DNA from: Gammaproteobacteria bacterium
GTDB taxonomy: Bacteria > Pseudomonadota > Gammaproteobacteria > SZUA-229
Length of the DNA: 48,208 nt
NCBI GenBank assembly: GCA_013042055.1
Contig: JABDQW010000023.1
Span: 1 to 48,208, forward strand
Reading direction: 5' to 3'
The translations under genes were made by a program, and so were the position numbers. How positions within the stretch are numbered: position 1 is the stretch's first letter; each line of letters begins with the position of its first letter. Shown in pieces: positions 10,658 to 20,986 of the stretch. Below the pieces are notes generated by a model, which saw nothing but the letters and a program-made list of their open reading frames with translations, ran no database searches and had not been told where the DNA came from.

Positions 10658-10755
10658 GATTCAATTATCAAGTGAGGGCTTGTCCATCTGGTGAGACATG
10701 CGGGCTCCGGCCTGCTCCCGCGATCCTGATGAGAAATACGGTTTAAGACTGTATC

Positions 10756-12207
10756 ATGCACGCCGCCATTATCCTGCGACTCATCGGGCAACTTCTCATG
10801 CTGTTCAGCATCACGCTGCTGCCGCCGGTGATTATCGATATTTTCTATCGTGAAGATGCAGGGCAGGCGTTTTTCTACAGCTACTTGTTGCTATTGGTCA
10901 CCGGTTTCCTATTGTGGCTGCCAGTAAGTAACAAAAAGGCAGAGCTGCGTCTACGCGATGGTTTCGTCGTGGTCGTCATGTTCTGGACGGTGCTGGGACT
11001 TGCCGGCTCGTTGCCATTTTTGCTCTATGAGCCGTTAACGGTTTCGGTATCCGACGCGGTGTTTGAATCGATTTCAGGTCTGACGACCACGGGTGCAACA
11101 ACTCTGATTGGTCTTGACGAGCTGCCCCACAGCATCTTGTTCTATCGACAGGAGCTGCAATGGCTGGGCGGCATGGGCATTATCGTATTGGCTGTTGCTG
11201 TGATGCCGATGCTGGGCGTCGGTGGTATGCAGTTGTATCGGGCTGAGGCGCCGGGGCCGGTCAAGGACAGCAAACTCACCCCGCGCATTGCTGAAACCGC
11301 GAAGGCGCTCTGGTATATCTACCTCAGCCTGACTATCGCTTGTGCGCTGGCGTACTGGATTGCCGGTATGGGGCTGTTTGACGCCATATGTCACAGCTTT
11401 TCAACTGTCGCAATCGGCGGATTCTCGACTCATGACGCCAGTATCGGCTATTTCAACAGTGCGGTTATCGAGGCTATCGCGATCGTTTTCATGTTTCTTG
11501 GCGGCATGAATTTCGCGCTGCATTTCGTGGCTGTGCGCACGATGGATATCAAGCACTATTTGGGCGATTCCGAGCTGAAGCTGTATGTCGGCGTGCTGTT
11601 GTTCGTATCGACAGCGAGCATTGCCTACCTTTATTTGCACCATGATGTGCCCGATTTTCTCGATGCGATTCGACAGGGGCTGTTCCACGCGGTATCCATT
11701 GGAACGACCGCTGGCTTTGCGACGACCGACTTTTATGCCTGGCCGACATTTGTTCCAGTGATGTTGCTGTTCGCGAGTTTTGTCGGGGGGTGTGCGGGAT
11801 CAACCGGTGGGGGCATGAAGGTGATTCGTGTGTTGCTGCTGATCAAACAAGGCCAGCGTGAGATGATGCGCCTGATCCATCCCAATGCCCAGGTCGTGGT
11901 CAAGGTCGGCCGGCAACCGGTCAATAACGCGGTTATCAACGCTGTCTGGGGATTCTTTGCGGCATACGTGGCCTGTTTCGTCATTATGATGTTGTTGCTG
12001 ATGTTGGATGGCTATGATCAGATCACCGCATTCTCTGCGATAGCGGCGACGATCAATAATCTTGGGCCAGGTCTGGGTGAGGTCAGTGCTAATTACGCCG
12101 GTATTGATAATTTTTCCAAATGGCTGCTATGTTTCTCGATGCTGCTGGGCCGCCTGGAAATCTTTACGTTGTTGGTGATGCTGATGCCGTCATTCTGGCG
12201 TAAGTAA
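10756..12207 (+). CDS. trkH: Trk potassium uptake membrane protein TrkH
   Basis: FESISGLTTTGAT, QWLGGMGIIV, GGCAGSTGGGMK, MLLGRLEIFT motifs. Confidence 0.96.
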   Translation: MHAAIILRLIGQLLMLFSITLLPPVIIDIFYREDAGQAFFYSYLLLLVTGFLLWLPVSNKKAELRLRDGFVVVVMFWTVLGLAGSLPFLLYEPLTVSVSDAVFESISGLTTTGATTLIGLDELPHSILFYRQELQWLGGMGIIVLAVAVMPMLGVGGMQLYRAEAPGPVKDSKLTPRIAETAKALWYIYLSLTIACALAYWIAGMGLFDAICHSFSTVAIGGFSTHDASIGYFNSAVIEAIAIVFMFLGGMNFALHFVAVRTMDIKHYLGDSELKLYVGVLLFVSTASIAYLYLHHDVPDFLDAIRQGLFHAVSIGTTAGFATTDFYAWPTFVPVMLLFASFVGGCAGSTGGGMKVIRVLLLIKQGQREMMRLIHPNAQVVVKVGRQPVNNAVINAVWGFFAAYVACFVIMMLLLMLDGYDQITAFSAIAATINNLGPGLGEVSANYAGIDNFSKWLLCFSMLLGRLEIFTLLVMLMPSFWRK

Positions 12208-12239
12208 GCCGATTGTGAGAAATGCGGGCTAGCTGTGAT

Positions 12240-13193
12240 ATGAGTGTCAAGCAGTCCAATTTACACTTGTACCGATTTCGGATGGAATTGTTGCATCCGA
12301 GACATTGGCCTACCTGGGTGGGTTTGGGTGTTTACTTCGTTTTCACGTTGTTGCCAATGACCGTGATCGATTGGGCGGGCTGTCGACTGGGTGACTATGT
12401 TGCGAAGAAAAACAGGAAACGATTCAATATTGCCTGCGTCAATCTGGCGCTCTGCTTTCCTGACAAGAGCAAGCTCGAGATCGATCACCTGGTGATCGAG
12501 CATTTTCGTGCGCAGTTGCGTACCGCAATGCATTTGTTCATCGTCTGGTGGCGGCCGGTATTCATGGTCAGAGCCAGGATTGTTCGGCAAGGCTTTGAGC
12601 AGATCGATTATTTCAAGGCACAGGGAAAGCAAGTCATTGTCTTACTCAGCCACAGTGTCGGGCTGGATTTTGCAGCGGCAGCGGTTACGATGGATTACAA
12701 TACCAATGGTGTGTATAAGCCAATGCGAAATGAAGTAATCGACTTTATGTTCAGCCATGGACGTACGCGGTTTGGCGCCAAGTTTGGCGGTAAATTGTTT
12801 ACCCGGGACGATGGATTGCGCCCTTTGATCCGGGAAACCCGGGCGGGCAAGGTGCTGATCTATATCGCTGATGAGGATCTGGGAAAAGAGAACTCGGTGT
12901 TTGCGCCTTTTTTCGGTGTGCCCAAATCGACCATACCGGTGCTTGGACGGATGACCAAAGCCTGTAATGCAGTGGTTCTGCCCTGCGTCAGTTGCTATGA
13001 TCCAGCCCGTAAGAAATACCGCGTCAAATTGTACCCCGCGCTCGAAAACTTCCCCAGTGGCGATGATCAGGTTGATGCGACCGCTATGAACAAGGCGATC
13101 GAAAACACCATTCTCGAGTGCCCGCCGCAGTATTTGTGGACGTTCCGGTATTTCCAGACCCGACCTGAGGGCGAGGCGCCGGTTTATGAATAG
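12240..13193 (+). CDS. Lipid A late acyltransferase (LpxL/LpxM family)
   Basis: LLHPRHWPTW N-terminus, NLALCFP, SVFAPFFG, PPQYLW..R.F.TRP. Start taken at MSVKQ. Confidence 0.88.
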   Translation: MSVKQSNLHLYRFRMELLHPRHWPTWVGLGVYFVFTLLPMTVIDWAGCRLGDYVAKKNRKRFNIACVNLALCFPDKSKLEIDHLVIEHFRAQLRTAMHLFIVWWRPVFMVRARIVRQGFEQIDYFKAQGKQVIVLLSHSVGLDFAAAAVTMDYNTNGVYKPMRNEVIDFMFSHGRTRFGAKFGGKLFTRDDGLRPLIRETRAGKVLIYIADEDLGKENSVFAPFFGVPKSTIPVLGRMTKACNAVVLPCVSCYDPARKKYRVKLYPALENFPSGDDQVDATAMNKAIENTILECPPQYLWTFRYFQTRPEGEAPVYE

Positions 13194-13270
13194 TGCCTCA
13201 GTTTTCGAGGGGGAAGCAGGGATTGACTCGAGATTCCCTGTTTGACGTGCGTGCGGTTATGACGGGCATT

Positions 13271-13295
13271 AAAAAACCCCCGGTTGCCCGGGGGT
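13271..13295 (-). terminator. Rho-independent terminator of the Csr/Rsm sRNA
   Basis: Minus strand ACCCCCGG-GCAA-CCGGGGGT followed by a U tract. Confidence 0.85.
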
Positions 13296-13459
13296 ACGCA
13301 AACGTCCTTGCTAGGTGATCGAGCCTCGCGCTAGTGCAGTTCCATTACAGCCTGTTGTTCCATCCGGGAGTATGTCATCCTTGGGTTCCGTTTCCCGTAT
13401 CCGTGTGATACTGCAGTTATGTCCTTATGTCCCTGTTCGGCTCATTCCCTGTGTCCTGT
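13271..13459 (-). ncRNA. CsrA/RsmA-sequestering sRNA (RsmY/RsmZ/CsrB type), about 190 nt
   Basis: 12 GGA motifs (AGGA, AGGGA, ACGGA, AUGGA) on the minus strand, a strong terminator, -10 CATAAT at 13465-13470, and an upstream GacA-type palindrome. The 5' end is estimated. Confidence 0.85.
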
Positions 13460-13514
13460 AATGAATTATGCAGCGGTCGCGGCAATCAATCTATCAGGAG
13501 GAATTGACATTGTG

Positions 13515-13532
13515 TGTAGGAAAAATCCTACA
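13515..13532. promoter_or_regulatory. GacA/UvrY/LetA-type upstream activating sequence
   Basis: 18-bp palindrome TGTAGGAAAAATCCTACA resembling TGTAAG-N6-CTTACA, centred about 65 bp upstream of the predicted sRNA start. Confidence 0.75.
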
Positions 13533-13568
13533 AATGGTATAATTCATTGTAAATTCAGTTAGTTAATC

Positions 13569-14006
13569 ATGATCGCTTTATTGCAACGAGTCATATCCGC
13601 TTCGGTTACCGTCGAGGATGAGCGTATTGCCGACATCGGGCAGGGGCTGCTGGCGCTGATTGGCGTTGAGAAAAACGATACCGTGGCCAAGGCCGAGCGA
13701 CTGGCGGAGCGCATCCTGGGATACCGGGTATTTGCCGATGAGCGTGACAAAATGAACCAGAATGTCTGTAATGTCAACGGGAGTGTTTTGCTCGTGCCGC
13801 AGTTCACCCTGGCTGCGGACACCCGCAAGGGCATGCGGCCGAGTTTTTCCAGTGCCGCCGATCCCGAAACAGGAAGGATCTTGTTCGATCAACTTGTTGA
13901 TATAATGCGGAAACGAACTGACCGGATTCAAATCGGCAGATTTGGCGCCGATATGGCGGTAAAGTTGGTGAACGATGGTCCGGTGACGATTTGGTTGCGA
14001 GCCTGA
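13569..14006 (+). CDS. dtd: D-aminoacyl-tRNA deacylase
   Basis: MIALLQRV, VPQFTLAADTRKGMRPSFS, LVNDGPVT motifs. Confidence 0.97.
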   Translation: MIALLQRVISASVTVEDERIADIGQGLLALIGVEKNDTVAKAERLAERILGYRVFADERDKMNQNVCNVNGSVLLVPQFTLAADTRKGMRPSFSSAADPETGRILFDQLVDIMRKRTDRIQIGRFGADMAVKLVNDGPVTIWLRA

Positions 14007-14149
14007 ACGGGATTTTCGATCGTTCTGGTGAGCCATATGATTTTTATCGAATATAATAGCGACCTCGGACGCTTTCCTAATACCTTGAGCACACAAGCTG
14101 TAACGCAAACAAACAAAATAGTCAGATTCATGTTCATCGGAGATACACA

Positions 14150-14743
14150 ATGAGCCAGCGCACGGCGGAGGTTGAGCGTAAAACCAGTGAGACACAGATC
14201 CAGGTGAGCGTCAATCTGGATGGAAATGGGCATTGCAAGCTCGAGACCGGCGTGCCATTTCTAGAACACATGCTTGACCAAGTGGGTCGTCATGGTTTGA
14301 TCGACATCGAGATCGTCGCGCAAGGCGATCTGCACATCGATGCTCACCACACCGTAGAAGACATAGGCATTACGCTCGGGCAGGCGGTCGCTAAGGCGGT
14401 CGCAGACAAGACCGGCATCGTGCGCTATGGTCATTCGTATGTGCCACTGGATGAGGCCTTGTCGCGCGTTGTCATCGATTTCTCGGGACGTCCGGGCCTT
14501 GAGTATCACGTTCGATATTCACGCGCGATGATCGGCGAGTTTGATGTCGATTTGTTACACGAATTTTTTCAGGGATTCGTCAATCATGCCGGTGTTACCC
14601 TGCATATCGATAACATACGAGGTGTCAACGCCCATCACGTCGCCGAGACCGTTTTCAAGGCTTTCGGGCGTGCCCTGCGCATGGCATTGTCGTACGATCA
14701 GCGGATGGAAGGCATGATGCCGAGCACAAAGGGGGCCTTGTAG
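14150..14743 (+). CDS. hisB: Imidazoleglycerol-phosphate dehydratase (monofunctional)
   Basis: [10 protein letters not shown] and NAHHVAE motifs; ends PSTKGAL. Confidence 0.98.
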   Translation: MSQRTAEVERKTSETQIQVSVNLDGNGHCKLETGVPFLEHMLDQVGRHGLIDIEIVAQGDLHIDAHHTVEDIGITLGQAVAKAVADKTGIVRYGHSYVPLDEALSRVVIDFSGRPGLEYHVRYSRAMIGEFDVDLLHEFFQGFVNHAGVTLHIDNIRGVNAHHVAETVFKAFGRALRMALSYDQRMEGMMPSTKGAL

Positions 14744-14748
14744 TAACG

Positions 14749-15396
14749 ATGTCGATGATCGCTGTCGTTGATTACGGCATGGGAAATTTGCGCTCGGTTG
14801 ATAAGGCGTTGGAGCATGTCGCCCAGTCCGGCCAGCATGTGCATATAACCTCGAAGGCCGAGGACATAGTGTCAGCAGATCGAGTCGTTTTCCCAGGTCA
14901 GGGAGCAGCGCGCGACTGCATGCGTGAATTGACCGAGCGACACTTGATCGAGCCGGTGTTGCAAGCTGCCAGGGAAAAGCCGTTTCTCGGCATCTGTATG
15001 GGCTTGCAAGTGCTGATGTCTCGCTCTGAAGAAAACGACGGCGTTGATTGTATGGGCTTGTATCAAGGCGAAGTCCGCTTCTTTGGCAAGGAATTGAACA
15101 AGGATCAGTCCATCGAACCGTTAAAAATTCCACATATGGGTTGGAATAATGTTACGCAGACCATATCCCACCCACTTTGGCACGGTATTAAACAAGGCAG
15201 CCGTTTCTATTTTGTGCATAGCTACTATGTCGATCCAGTGAACGAAGCCATCGTCGCTGGGGAAACCAGCTATGACATCGTGTTCACATCGGCAGTCGCT
15301 TGCGATAATGTATTTGCGGTACAGTTTCATCCTGAAAAAAGTGCTGTCGACGGTTTACAGCTATTGAAAAACTTTACTCTGTGGGATGGACAATAA
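14749..15396 (+). CDS. hisH: IGP synthase glutamine amidotransferase subunit
   Basis: DYGMGNLRSV, GICMGLQ, PHMGWN, YFVHSYY, QFHPEKS. Confidence 0.98.
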   Translation: MSMIAVVDYGMGNLRSVDKALEHVAQSGQHVHITSKAEDIVSADRVVFPGQGAARDCMRELTERHLIEPVLQAAREKPFLGICMGLQVLMSRSEENDGVDCMGLYQGEVRFFGKELNKDQSIEPLKIPHMGWNNVTQTISHPLWHGIKQGSRFYFVHSYYVDPVNEAIVAGETSYDIVFTSAVACDNVFAVQFHPEKSAVDGLQLLKNFTLWDGQ

Positions 15397-15419
15397 GCAT
15401 TTATGGAGCTTGAAAAATC

Positions 15420-16175
15420 ATGTTATTGATCCCAGCGATCGACCTCAAAGATGGTCAATGTGTGCGCCTGCGTCAGGGCAATATGAACGACGACACGGTT
15501 TTTGCTGATGATCCGGTGGCGATGGCAGGGCACTGGGTTGCAGCCGGAACTAAAAGGCTGCATATCGTCGACCTTAACGGTGCATTTGCCGGGAAGCCGC
15601 AAAATGCTGATGTGATCAACGAAATTGCCAGTCGTTATCCCGATATCGATATCCAGATCGGTGGCGGTATTCGTGACGAAGACACCATCGTCGCCTATCT
15701 CGATGCCGGTGTTCACTACGTCATTATCGGTACCAAGGCGGTGACAGATCCACACTTTATCAATGAAGTCTGCGTCGAGTTCCCTAACCGCATTATTGTG
15801 GGGCTGGACGCAAAGGATGGTAAGGTTGCCGTAGATGGTTGGTCCAAAGTTTCTAAGCACGATGTCATTGATATGGCGCAGCGATTCGAGGACGACGGCG
15901 TTGAAGCCATCATCTATACCGATATATCCCGTGACGGCATGATGCAGGGTTTGAATATCGATGCGACGGTGAAGCTGGCTCAGTCGATACACATCCCGGT
16001 GATTGCGTCGGGGGGGATCACGACGATGGATGATATCAAAGCGCTGAATGAGGTTGCCGACGAAGGCATCATCGGCGCCATCACTGGGCGCGCGATTTAT
16101 GAAGGCGGCATCAATCTCGCCGAGGCCCAGCGCTGGCTCGCCGAGCACAGCAGTGATTTCGGTGACGTCTACTAA
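15420..16175 (+). CDS. hisA: ProFAR isomerase
   Basis: [34 protein letters not shown]. Confidence 0.98.
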   Translation: MLLIPAIDLKDGQCVRLRQGNMNDDTVFADDPVAMAGHWVAAGTKRLHIVDLNGAFAGKPQNADVINEIASRYPDIDIQIGGGIRDEDTIVAYLDAGVHYVIIGTKAVTDPHFINEVCVEFPNRIIVGLDAKDGKVAVDGWSKVSKHDVIDMAQRFEDDGVEAIIYTDISRDGMMQGLNIDATVKLAQSIHIPVIASGGITTMDDIKALNEVADEGIIGAITGRAIYEGGINLAEAQRWLAEHSSDFGDVY

Positions 16176-16192
16176 ATTTGCCCGCATTTCTC

Positions 16193-16966
16193 ATGTCACT
16201 CGCTAAACGTATCATACCCTGTCTCGATGTTGATAACGGGCGCGTTGTCAAAGGCGTCAAATTTGTCGATATTCGTGATGCCGGTGATCCGGTCGAGGTC
16301 GCCCGGCGTTATGACAAGGAAGGCGCCGACGAAATCACGTTTCTCGATATCACGGCGAGTTCGGACGATCGCGATACGATCGTGCATGTTGTCGAGCACG
16401 TAGCAGAGGAGGTATTCATACCGCTGACCGTTGGCGGTGGTATCCGCAAGCTTGAGGATGTCCGTACCATGCTCAACGCTGGAGCGGATAAGGTCGCTAT
16501 CAATACCGCCGCTGTGTTTAATCCCGATTTTGTCAAAGAGGCGAGCGACAGGGTGGGTTCACAATGCATTGTAGTAGCGATTGACGCCAAGCAAATCAGT
16601 GCAGACGGTGAGCCACTGCGATGGGAGATTTTTACTCACGGTGGGCGCAAGCCAACTGGGCTCGACGCGGTTGAGTGGGCACGTAAAATGGTCGAATACG
16701 GTGCCGGCGAAATACTCTTGACCAGTATGGATCGTGACGGTACCCGCATGGGTTTCGATATTGCGTTGACGCATACCATCGCAGAGGCGGTCTCGGTGCC
16801 CGTGATCGCATCCGGTGGTGTTGGCAATCTCGAGCATCTCGCTGAGGGCGTTCTACAAGGCATGGCTGATGCGGTATTGGCGGCGAGTATTTTTCATTTT
16901 GCTGAATTCAGTGTGCATGATGCCAAGGCGTACATGGCCGGGCGCGGCATCGAAGTGCGTCTGTAA
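16193..16966 (+). CDS. hisF: IGP synthase cyclase subunit
   Basis: [27 protein letters not shown]. Start moved to MSLAKR. Confidence 0.98.
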   Translation: MSLAKRIIPCLDVDNGRVVKGVKFVDIRDAGDPVEVARRYDKEGADEITFLDITASSDDRDTIVHVVEHVAEEVFIPLTVGGGIRKLEDVRTMLNAGADKVAINTAAVFNPDFVKEASDRVGSQCIVVAIDAKQISADGEPLRWEIFTHGGRKPTGLDAVEWARKMVEYGAGEILLTSMDRDGTRMGFDIALTHTIAEAVSVPVIASGGVGNLEHLAEGVLQGMADAVLAASIFHFAEFSVHDAKAYMAGRGIEVRL

Positions 16967-17007
16967 TTTTCCCCGTTAACCTATACTCTACCTTAGTGGG
17001 TTTCAGA

Positions 17008-17397
17008 ATGATGTCGGAAAACTGGTTGGATCAGATTCGCTTTAATGCCGAAGGCTTGATCCCAGCAATCGCCCAGGACGCCGCTAGCGGCAGGGTCTTG
17101 ATGATGGCGTGGATGAATCGAGACGCCCTAAAGTTGACGGCCGAGAAAAATGAGGCCGTTTACTGGTCGCGATCTCGGGGGAAGCTCTGGCACAAGGGAG
17201 AACAATCGGGGCACGTGCAGCAGGTGCAGGAAATACGCTTTGATTGTGATGAAGACGTGATTCTGCTAAAAGTGGAACAGAAGGGCGGAATTGCGTGTCA
17301 TACTGGTAGGGAAAGCTGTTTTTATCGTCGCCTGCAGGGTGATCGGTGGGTTGAAGTCGATCAAATCGTCAAGGATCCAAACGACATCTACCGTTAA
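17008..17397 (+). CDS. hisI: Phosphoribosyl-AMP cyclohydrolase
   Basis: [29 protein letters not shown]. Confidence 0.96.
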   Translation: MMSENWLDQIRFNAEGLIPAIAQDAASGRVLMMAWMNRDALKLTAEKNEAVYWSRSRGKLWHKGEQSGHVQQVQEIRFDCDEDVILLKVEQKGGIACHTGRESCFYRRLQGDRWVEVDQIVKDPNDIYR

Positions 17398-17427
17398 GCG
17401 ATTACAACGAGCGAATATTGGGGCGCC

Positions 17428-17739
17428 ATGACAGATACTCTCACACGGTTGGCAGACGTTCTGGAGCAGCGAAAACAGGCAGAGGCGGAGACTTCCTACG
17501 TTGCCAGCCTGTACGCGAAAGGATTGGATGCTATCCTTAAGAAGATAGGGGAAGAAGCCACTGAGGTTGTAATGGCCGCAAAAGACGGCGATGATGAAAA
17601 AGTGATACATGAAACCGCAGATCTTTGGTTTCATTGTCTGGTATTGCTGGCACACAAAGGACTTGGGCCAGATGATGTTATACAGGAACTCAGCCGACGC
17701 TTCGGTGTGTCGGGCCATGACGAAAAAGCTTCACGCTAG
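17428..17739 (+). CDS. hisE: Phosphoribosyl-ATP pyrophosphatase
   Basis: SYVASL...KKIGEEATE...ETADLWFH. Confidence 0.97.
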   Translation: MTDTLTRLADVLEQRKQAEAETSYVASLYAKGLDAILKKIGEEATEVVMAAKDGDDEKVIHETADLWFHCLVLLAHKGLGPDDVIQELSRRFGVSGHDEKASR

Positions 17740-17775
17740 GACTTTTTTGCCCGGTGTGAGAACGGAGAATGAATA

Positions 17776-18003
17776 ATGGGTATTAGTATCTGGCAATTGT
17801 TGATTGTGCTTGGCATCGTGATCCTGCTGTTTGGTACCAAGAAATTACGTAATCTCGGCGGCGATCTTGGGTCGGCTGTCAAAAGCTTCAAGGGCGCGAT
17901 TAAAGAAGGGGCCGAAGACACAACCATGAAGAAGGAAATCGAGCAAGACGACGGAAATGTCATTGATGCCGAAGTTGAATCCAAAGATAAAGACAAAGCT
18001 TGA
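17776..18003 (+). CDS. tatA: Twin-arginine translocase TatA
   Basis: [11 protein letters not shown]...[16 protein letters not shown]. Confidence 0.97.
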   Translation: MGISIWQLLIVLGIVILLFGTKKLRNLGGDLGSAVKSFKGAIKEGAEDTTMKKEIEQDDGNVIDAEVESKDKDKA

Positions 18004-18039
18004 GTGCAGTCAGGCACTCCCTCACCTGCCTAATCCAGC

Positions 18040-18384
18040 ATGTTCGATATCGGTTTCTGGGAACTGTTTGTAATTCTGATCCTGGCCTTGTTAGTTGTCG
18101 GGCCGGAGCGGCTACCCCAGGCGGCGCGCACCGTTGGCTTTTGGTTGGGAAAAGCGCGTCGCTATGTTGAGGGTGTCAAGGAAGAAGTGGCGAGTGAGTT
18201 TGATGTCACGGAACTCAAGCGCATGGTTCACAACCAGGAAGTGCAGATCAACGAACTACAGAGCCAGCTGAAGGAGACAGTATCACTTGATGATACATCG
18301 CCGGAGACGCCTGAACCAGAATACGAAATAATTGAGGAAGAACCCGCGCCAGCCGAAGAAACGCGCCCGAAAGCGACGGATTAA
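18040..18384 (+). CDS. tatB: Twin-arginine translocase TatB
   Basis: MFDIGFWEL...LVVGPERLP. Confidence 0.97.
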   Translation: MFDIGFWELFVILILALLVVGPERLPQAARTVGFWLGKARRYVEGVKEEVASEFDVTELKRMVHNQEVQINELQSQLKETVSLDDTSPETPEPEYEIIEEEPAPAEETRPKATD

Positions 18385-18386
18385 CC

Positions 18387-19268
18387 ATGTCGGCCGATAG
18401 TCAGAACACCAGCCAGCATGCTGACGGTAAAGAACAAAGTCTGCTCGAACATCTGATCGAACTGCGCGACCGCTTATTGCGTATGGTGGTCGCGGTTCTG
18501 ATTCTGTTTCTAGTGCTGTTTCCTTTTTCCGAACAGATATTCACCGTTGTTGCAGAGCCTTTGCTGGCGTTGATGCCGGAAGGGACCTCTATGATCGCGA
18601 CCAGTGTGACATCACCTTTCCTGGTGCCGTTCAAGCTCGTCTTGCTGTTGGCAGTGTTGCTCGCGGTGCCCTATTTATTGCATCAGCTATGGGCCTTTGT
18701 CGCGCCGGGATTATACAGCCATGAGAAAAGACTGGCTGCACCCTTGTTGATATCCAGTGTGGTGCTGTTCTACTGCGGTATTGCCTTTGCCTATTTCGTG
18801 GTTTTCCCGTTGCTTTTTGCTTTTTTCATTGCGATAGCCCCTGAGGGTGTCGCTGTGATGACCGATATAGGTCAGTTTCTCGACTTTATTATTGCGATAT
18901 TCTTCGCGTTTGGAATTGCGTTCGAGGTGCCGGTCGCAACGTTTCTGTTGATTCTGGCCGGTGCTACGACCGCAGATAGTATGGCCAAAAAACGGCCCTA
19001 CATCATCGTCGCTGCCTTTGTGATCGGTATGATGCTGACACCCCCCGATATCATTTCGCAGTCCTTGCTGGCACTGCCAATGTGGGCGTTGTTTGAAATC
19101 GGCCTGATCATGTCTCGCGTATTTATCAAGCCAAAGCCGCGCGATGAAAGCCACCCGGACTATCAGTTCCACGACGATAGCACTGACGACCCGAGTGAAG
19201 CGGAAATGGATGCGATGCTCGATCGCATGGAGCAGGAAGAAGAAGAGAATCTGCGACGACCGGACTGA
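18387..19268 (+). CDS. tatC: Twin-arginine translocase TatC, with an acidic C-terminal tail
   Basis: HLIELRDRL, FVAPGLY.HEK, FEVPV, LTPPD.ISQ. Confidence 0.97.
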   Translation: MSADSQNTSQHADGKEQSLLEHLIELRDRLLRMVVAVLILFLVLFPFSEQIFTVVAEPLLALMPEGTSMIATSVTSPFLVPFKLVLLLAVLLAVPYLLHQLWAFVAPGLYSHEKRLAAPLLISSVVLFYCGIAFAYFVVFPLLFAFFIAIAPEGVAVMTDIGQFLDFIIAIFFAFGIAFEVPVATFLLILAGATTADSMAKKRPYIIVAAFVIGMMLTPPDIISQSLLALPMWALFEIGLIMSRVFIKPKPRDESHPDYQFHDDSTDDPSEAEMDAMLDRMEQEEEENLRRPD

Positions 19269-19296
19269 CATTACTCAGCTGGATCACGGCAGAAGC

Positions 19297-19317
19297 GTAG
19301 GGTGCGCTGTGCGCACC
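19297..19317 (+). repeat. GTAG-type REP
   Basis: GTAG followed by the hairpin GGTGCGC-TGT-GCGCACC; a degenerate copy lies at 30873-30893 (17/21 identical). Confidence 0.65.
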
Positions 19318-19437
19318 GCGTATCTTCAGTTTGTTGAACTGCTCCGGTGCTGACAAATCACAGCTAGAATGAGTGTAGAATGCCCGCCCCCCGACGACGA
19401 AACCTCGTGAACACACAGACTGAAGATTGAGAAATAG

Positions 19438-20976
19438 ATGGGTGAAGCCAGAAAAGTCCCGCGAAAACCGACACTACTAATTATTTTAGACGGGTTTGGA
19501 GTGAACCCGAGCCGCATCAACAATGCAGTACTGGAGGCCGAAACCCCGCGCCTCGATGAGTATTTTTCCCGGCATAGCCACACCACGCTCGATGCGTGCG
19601 GCAGTGCCGTGGGCTTGCCTGATGGCCAAATGGGTAATTCTGAAGTAGGTCATATGACGATGGGCTGCGGCACGATCATGCGCCCGGACCTGGTGCGGAT
19701 CAATGACGAAATCGCCAATGGCAAATTCTTTCAAAATGCCGCATTGGTTGCTGCAGTCGAGGACGCGGCTGAACGGCAGCGGTCGCTTCACCTGGTCGGC
19801 TTGGTTTCCGATGGTGGTGTGCATAGCCACATCGATCACCTAGTCGCGCTGATTGATTTATGCAACCAACACAAGGTGAAGCCCATTGTTCATATGATCA
19901 CCGATGGCCGTGATACAGCTCAGATGTCTGCTCTGGTTTACCTGCATCAATTTGAGGACAAGCTGGCAGAAGCCGACGGTTGTATCGCGACCCTGTGCGG
20001 TCGATACTATGCGATGGATCGTGACCACCGTTGGGACCGAACCGAACTGGCCTGGAAAGCCATGGTAAAGGGTAAGGGTCGCGAGTCCGAAAATGCTTTA
20101 TATGCGATTGAAGAGGCCTATGCTCGCGGAGAAACCGACGAGTTCATCAAGCCAACGGTGTTGGAGGGCTGTGAGCAGATAGCGGCGGAAGATAGCGTCA
20201 TTTTCTTTAATTTCCGCGATGACCGGCCGCGCCAGCTAGCTGCGGCATTAAGCCAAGCGCATTTCAAGAAGTTTAAAAGGGGCAAATTTCATGGTGCCAA
20301 TGTCACCTGCTTGACGGAATATGATCCTAAATTTCTGTTGCCGATCGGGTATGCGCCAGAGCGGCCACAGCATACCCTCGCGTCTGTCGTCAGCCGCGCA
20401 GGTTATATGCAGTTTCATTGTGCTGAGACAGAGAAGTACGCCCATGTGACGTATTTCTTCAATGGGGGTAAGCAGAAGCCGTTTGCCGGTGAAGATCATG
20501 TCATGGTACATTCTCCGGACGTTGCAACCTACGACTTGAAACCCGAAATGAGTGCAGCTGAGGTGGCTAATAAGGCCATTAAAGCGCTGCGGTCACATAA
20601 ATACGGCTTTATTCTGGTCAATTTTGCGAATGGCGATATGGTGGGTCACACGGCGGTTCGCGAGGCGATTATCGCTGCCGTCGAAGCCTTAGACACGCAT
20701 GTCGGTCGTGTGTTGGATGCGGCTGTTGAATCGGGTTATTCGGTGCTGTTGACTGCTGATCACGGCAATTGTGACGAAATGGTCGATCCGGTTACCCAGG
20801 AACCACACACTCAGCACACGCTATATCCTGTGCCCTGCATGATTATCGATGAAACCAACTGGCATCTGATGCCGGGTGGGGACCTCAGCTCCGTGGCGCC
20901 GACGGTGCTGCAGTTAATGGGCTTGCAACAGCCTTCAGAGATGACTGGTAAAAGTCTGTTGAGAAAGAAGTATTAA
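19438..20976 (+). CDS. gpmI: 2,3-bisphosphoglycerate-independent phosphoglycerate mutase
   Basis: LIILDGFG, GQMGNSEVGH, SDGGVHSH, ETEKYAHVT, DMVGHT, ADHGN. Confidence 0.97.
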   Translation: MGEARKVPRKPTLLIILDGFGVNPSRINNAVLEAETPRLDEYFSRHSHTTLDACGSAVGLPDGQMGNSEVGHMTMGCGTIMRPDLVRINDEIANGKFFQNAALVAAVEDAAERQRSLHLVGLVSDGGVHSHIDHLVALIDLCNQHKVKPIVHMITDGRDTAQMSALVYLHQFEDKLAEADGCIATLCGRYYAMDRDHRWDRTELAWKAMVKGKGRESENALYAIEEAYARGETDEFIKPTVLEGCEQIAAEDSVIFFNFRDDRPRQLAAALSQAHFKKFKRGKFHGANVTCLTEYDPKFLLPIGYAPERPQHTLASVVSRAGYMQFHCAETEKYAHVTYFFNGGKQKPFAGEDHVMVHSPDVATYDLKPEMSAAEVANKAIKALRSHKYGFILVNFANGDMVGHTAVREAIIAAVEALDTHVGRVLDAAVESGYSVLLTADHGNCDEMVDPVTQEPHTQHTLYPVPCMIIDETNWHLMPGGDLSSVAPTVLQLMGLQQPSEMTGKSLLRKKY

Positions 20977-20986
20977 AGCGGGCTAG

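Noticed and set aside
10435-10746. 103-aa ORF between trkA and trkH (likewise short ORFs at 30846-31040, 34161-34568, 40692-40986, 41797-42027)
   Set aside because: They run across palindromic repeats, lack recognisable motifs and are most likely spurious.
13504-13543. Perfect TTGACA and TATAAT upstream of dtd as a consensus sigma-70 promoter
   Set aside because: The spacer is 28 bp rather than about 17; at most TGGTATAAT could act as an extended -10.
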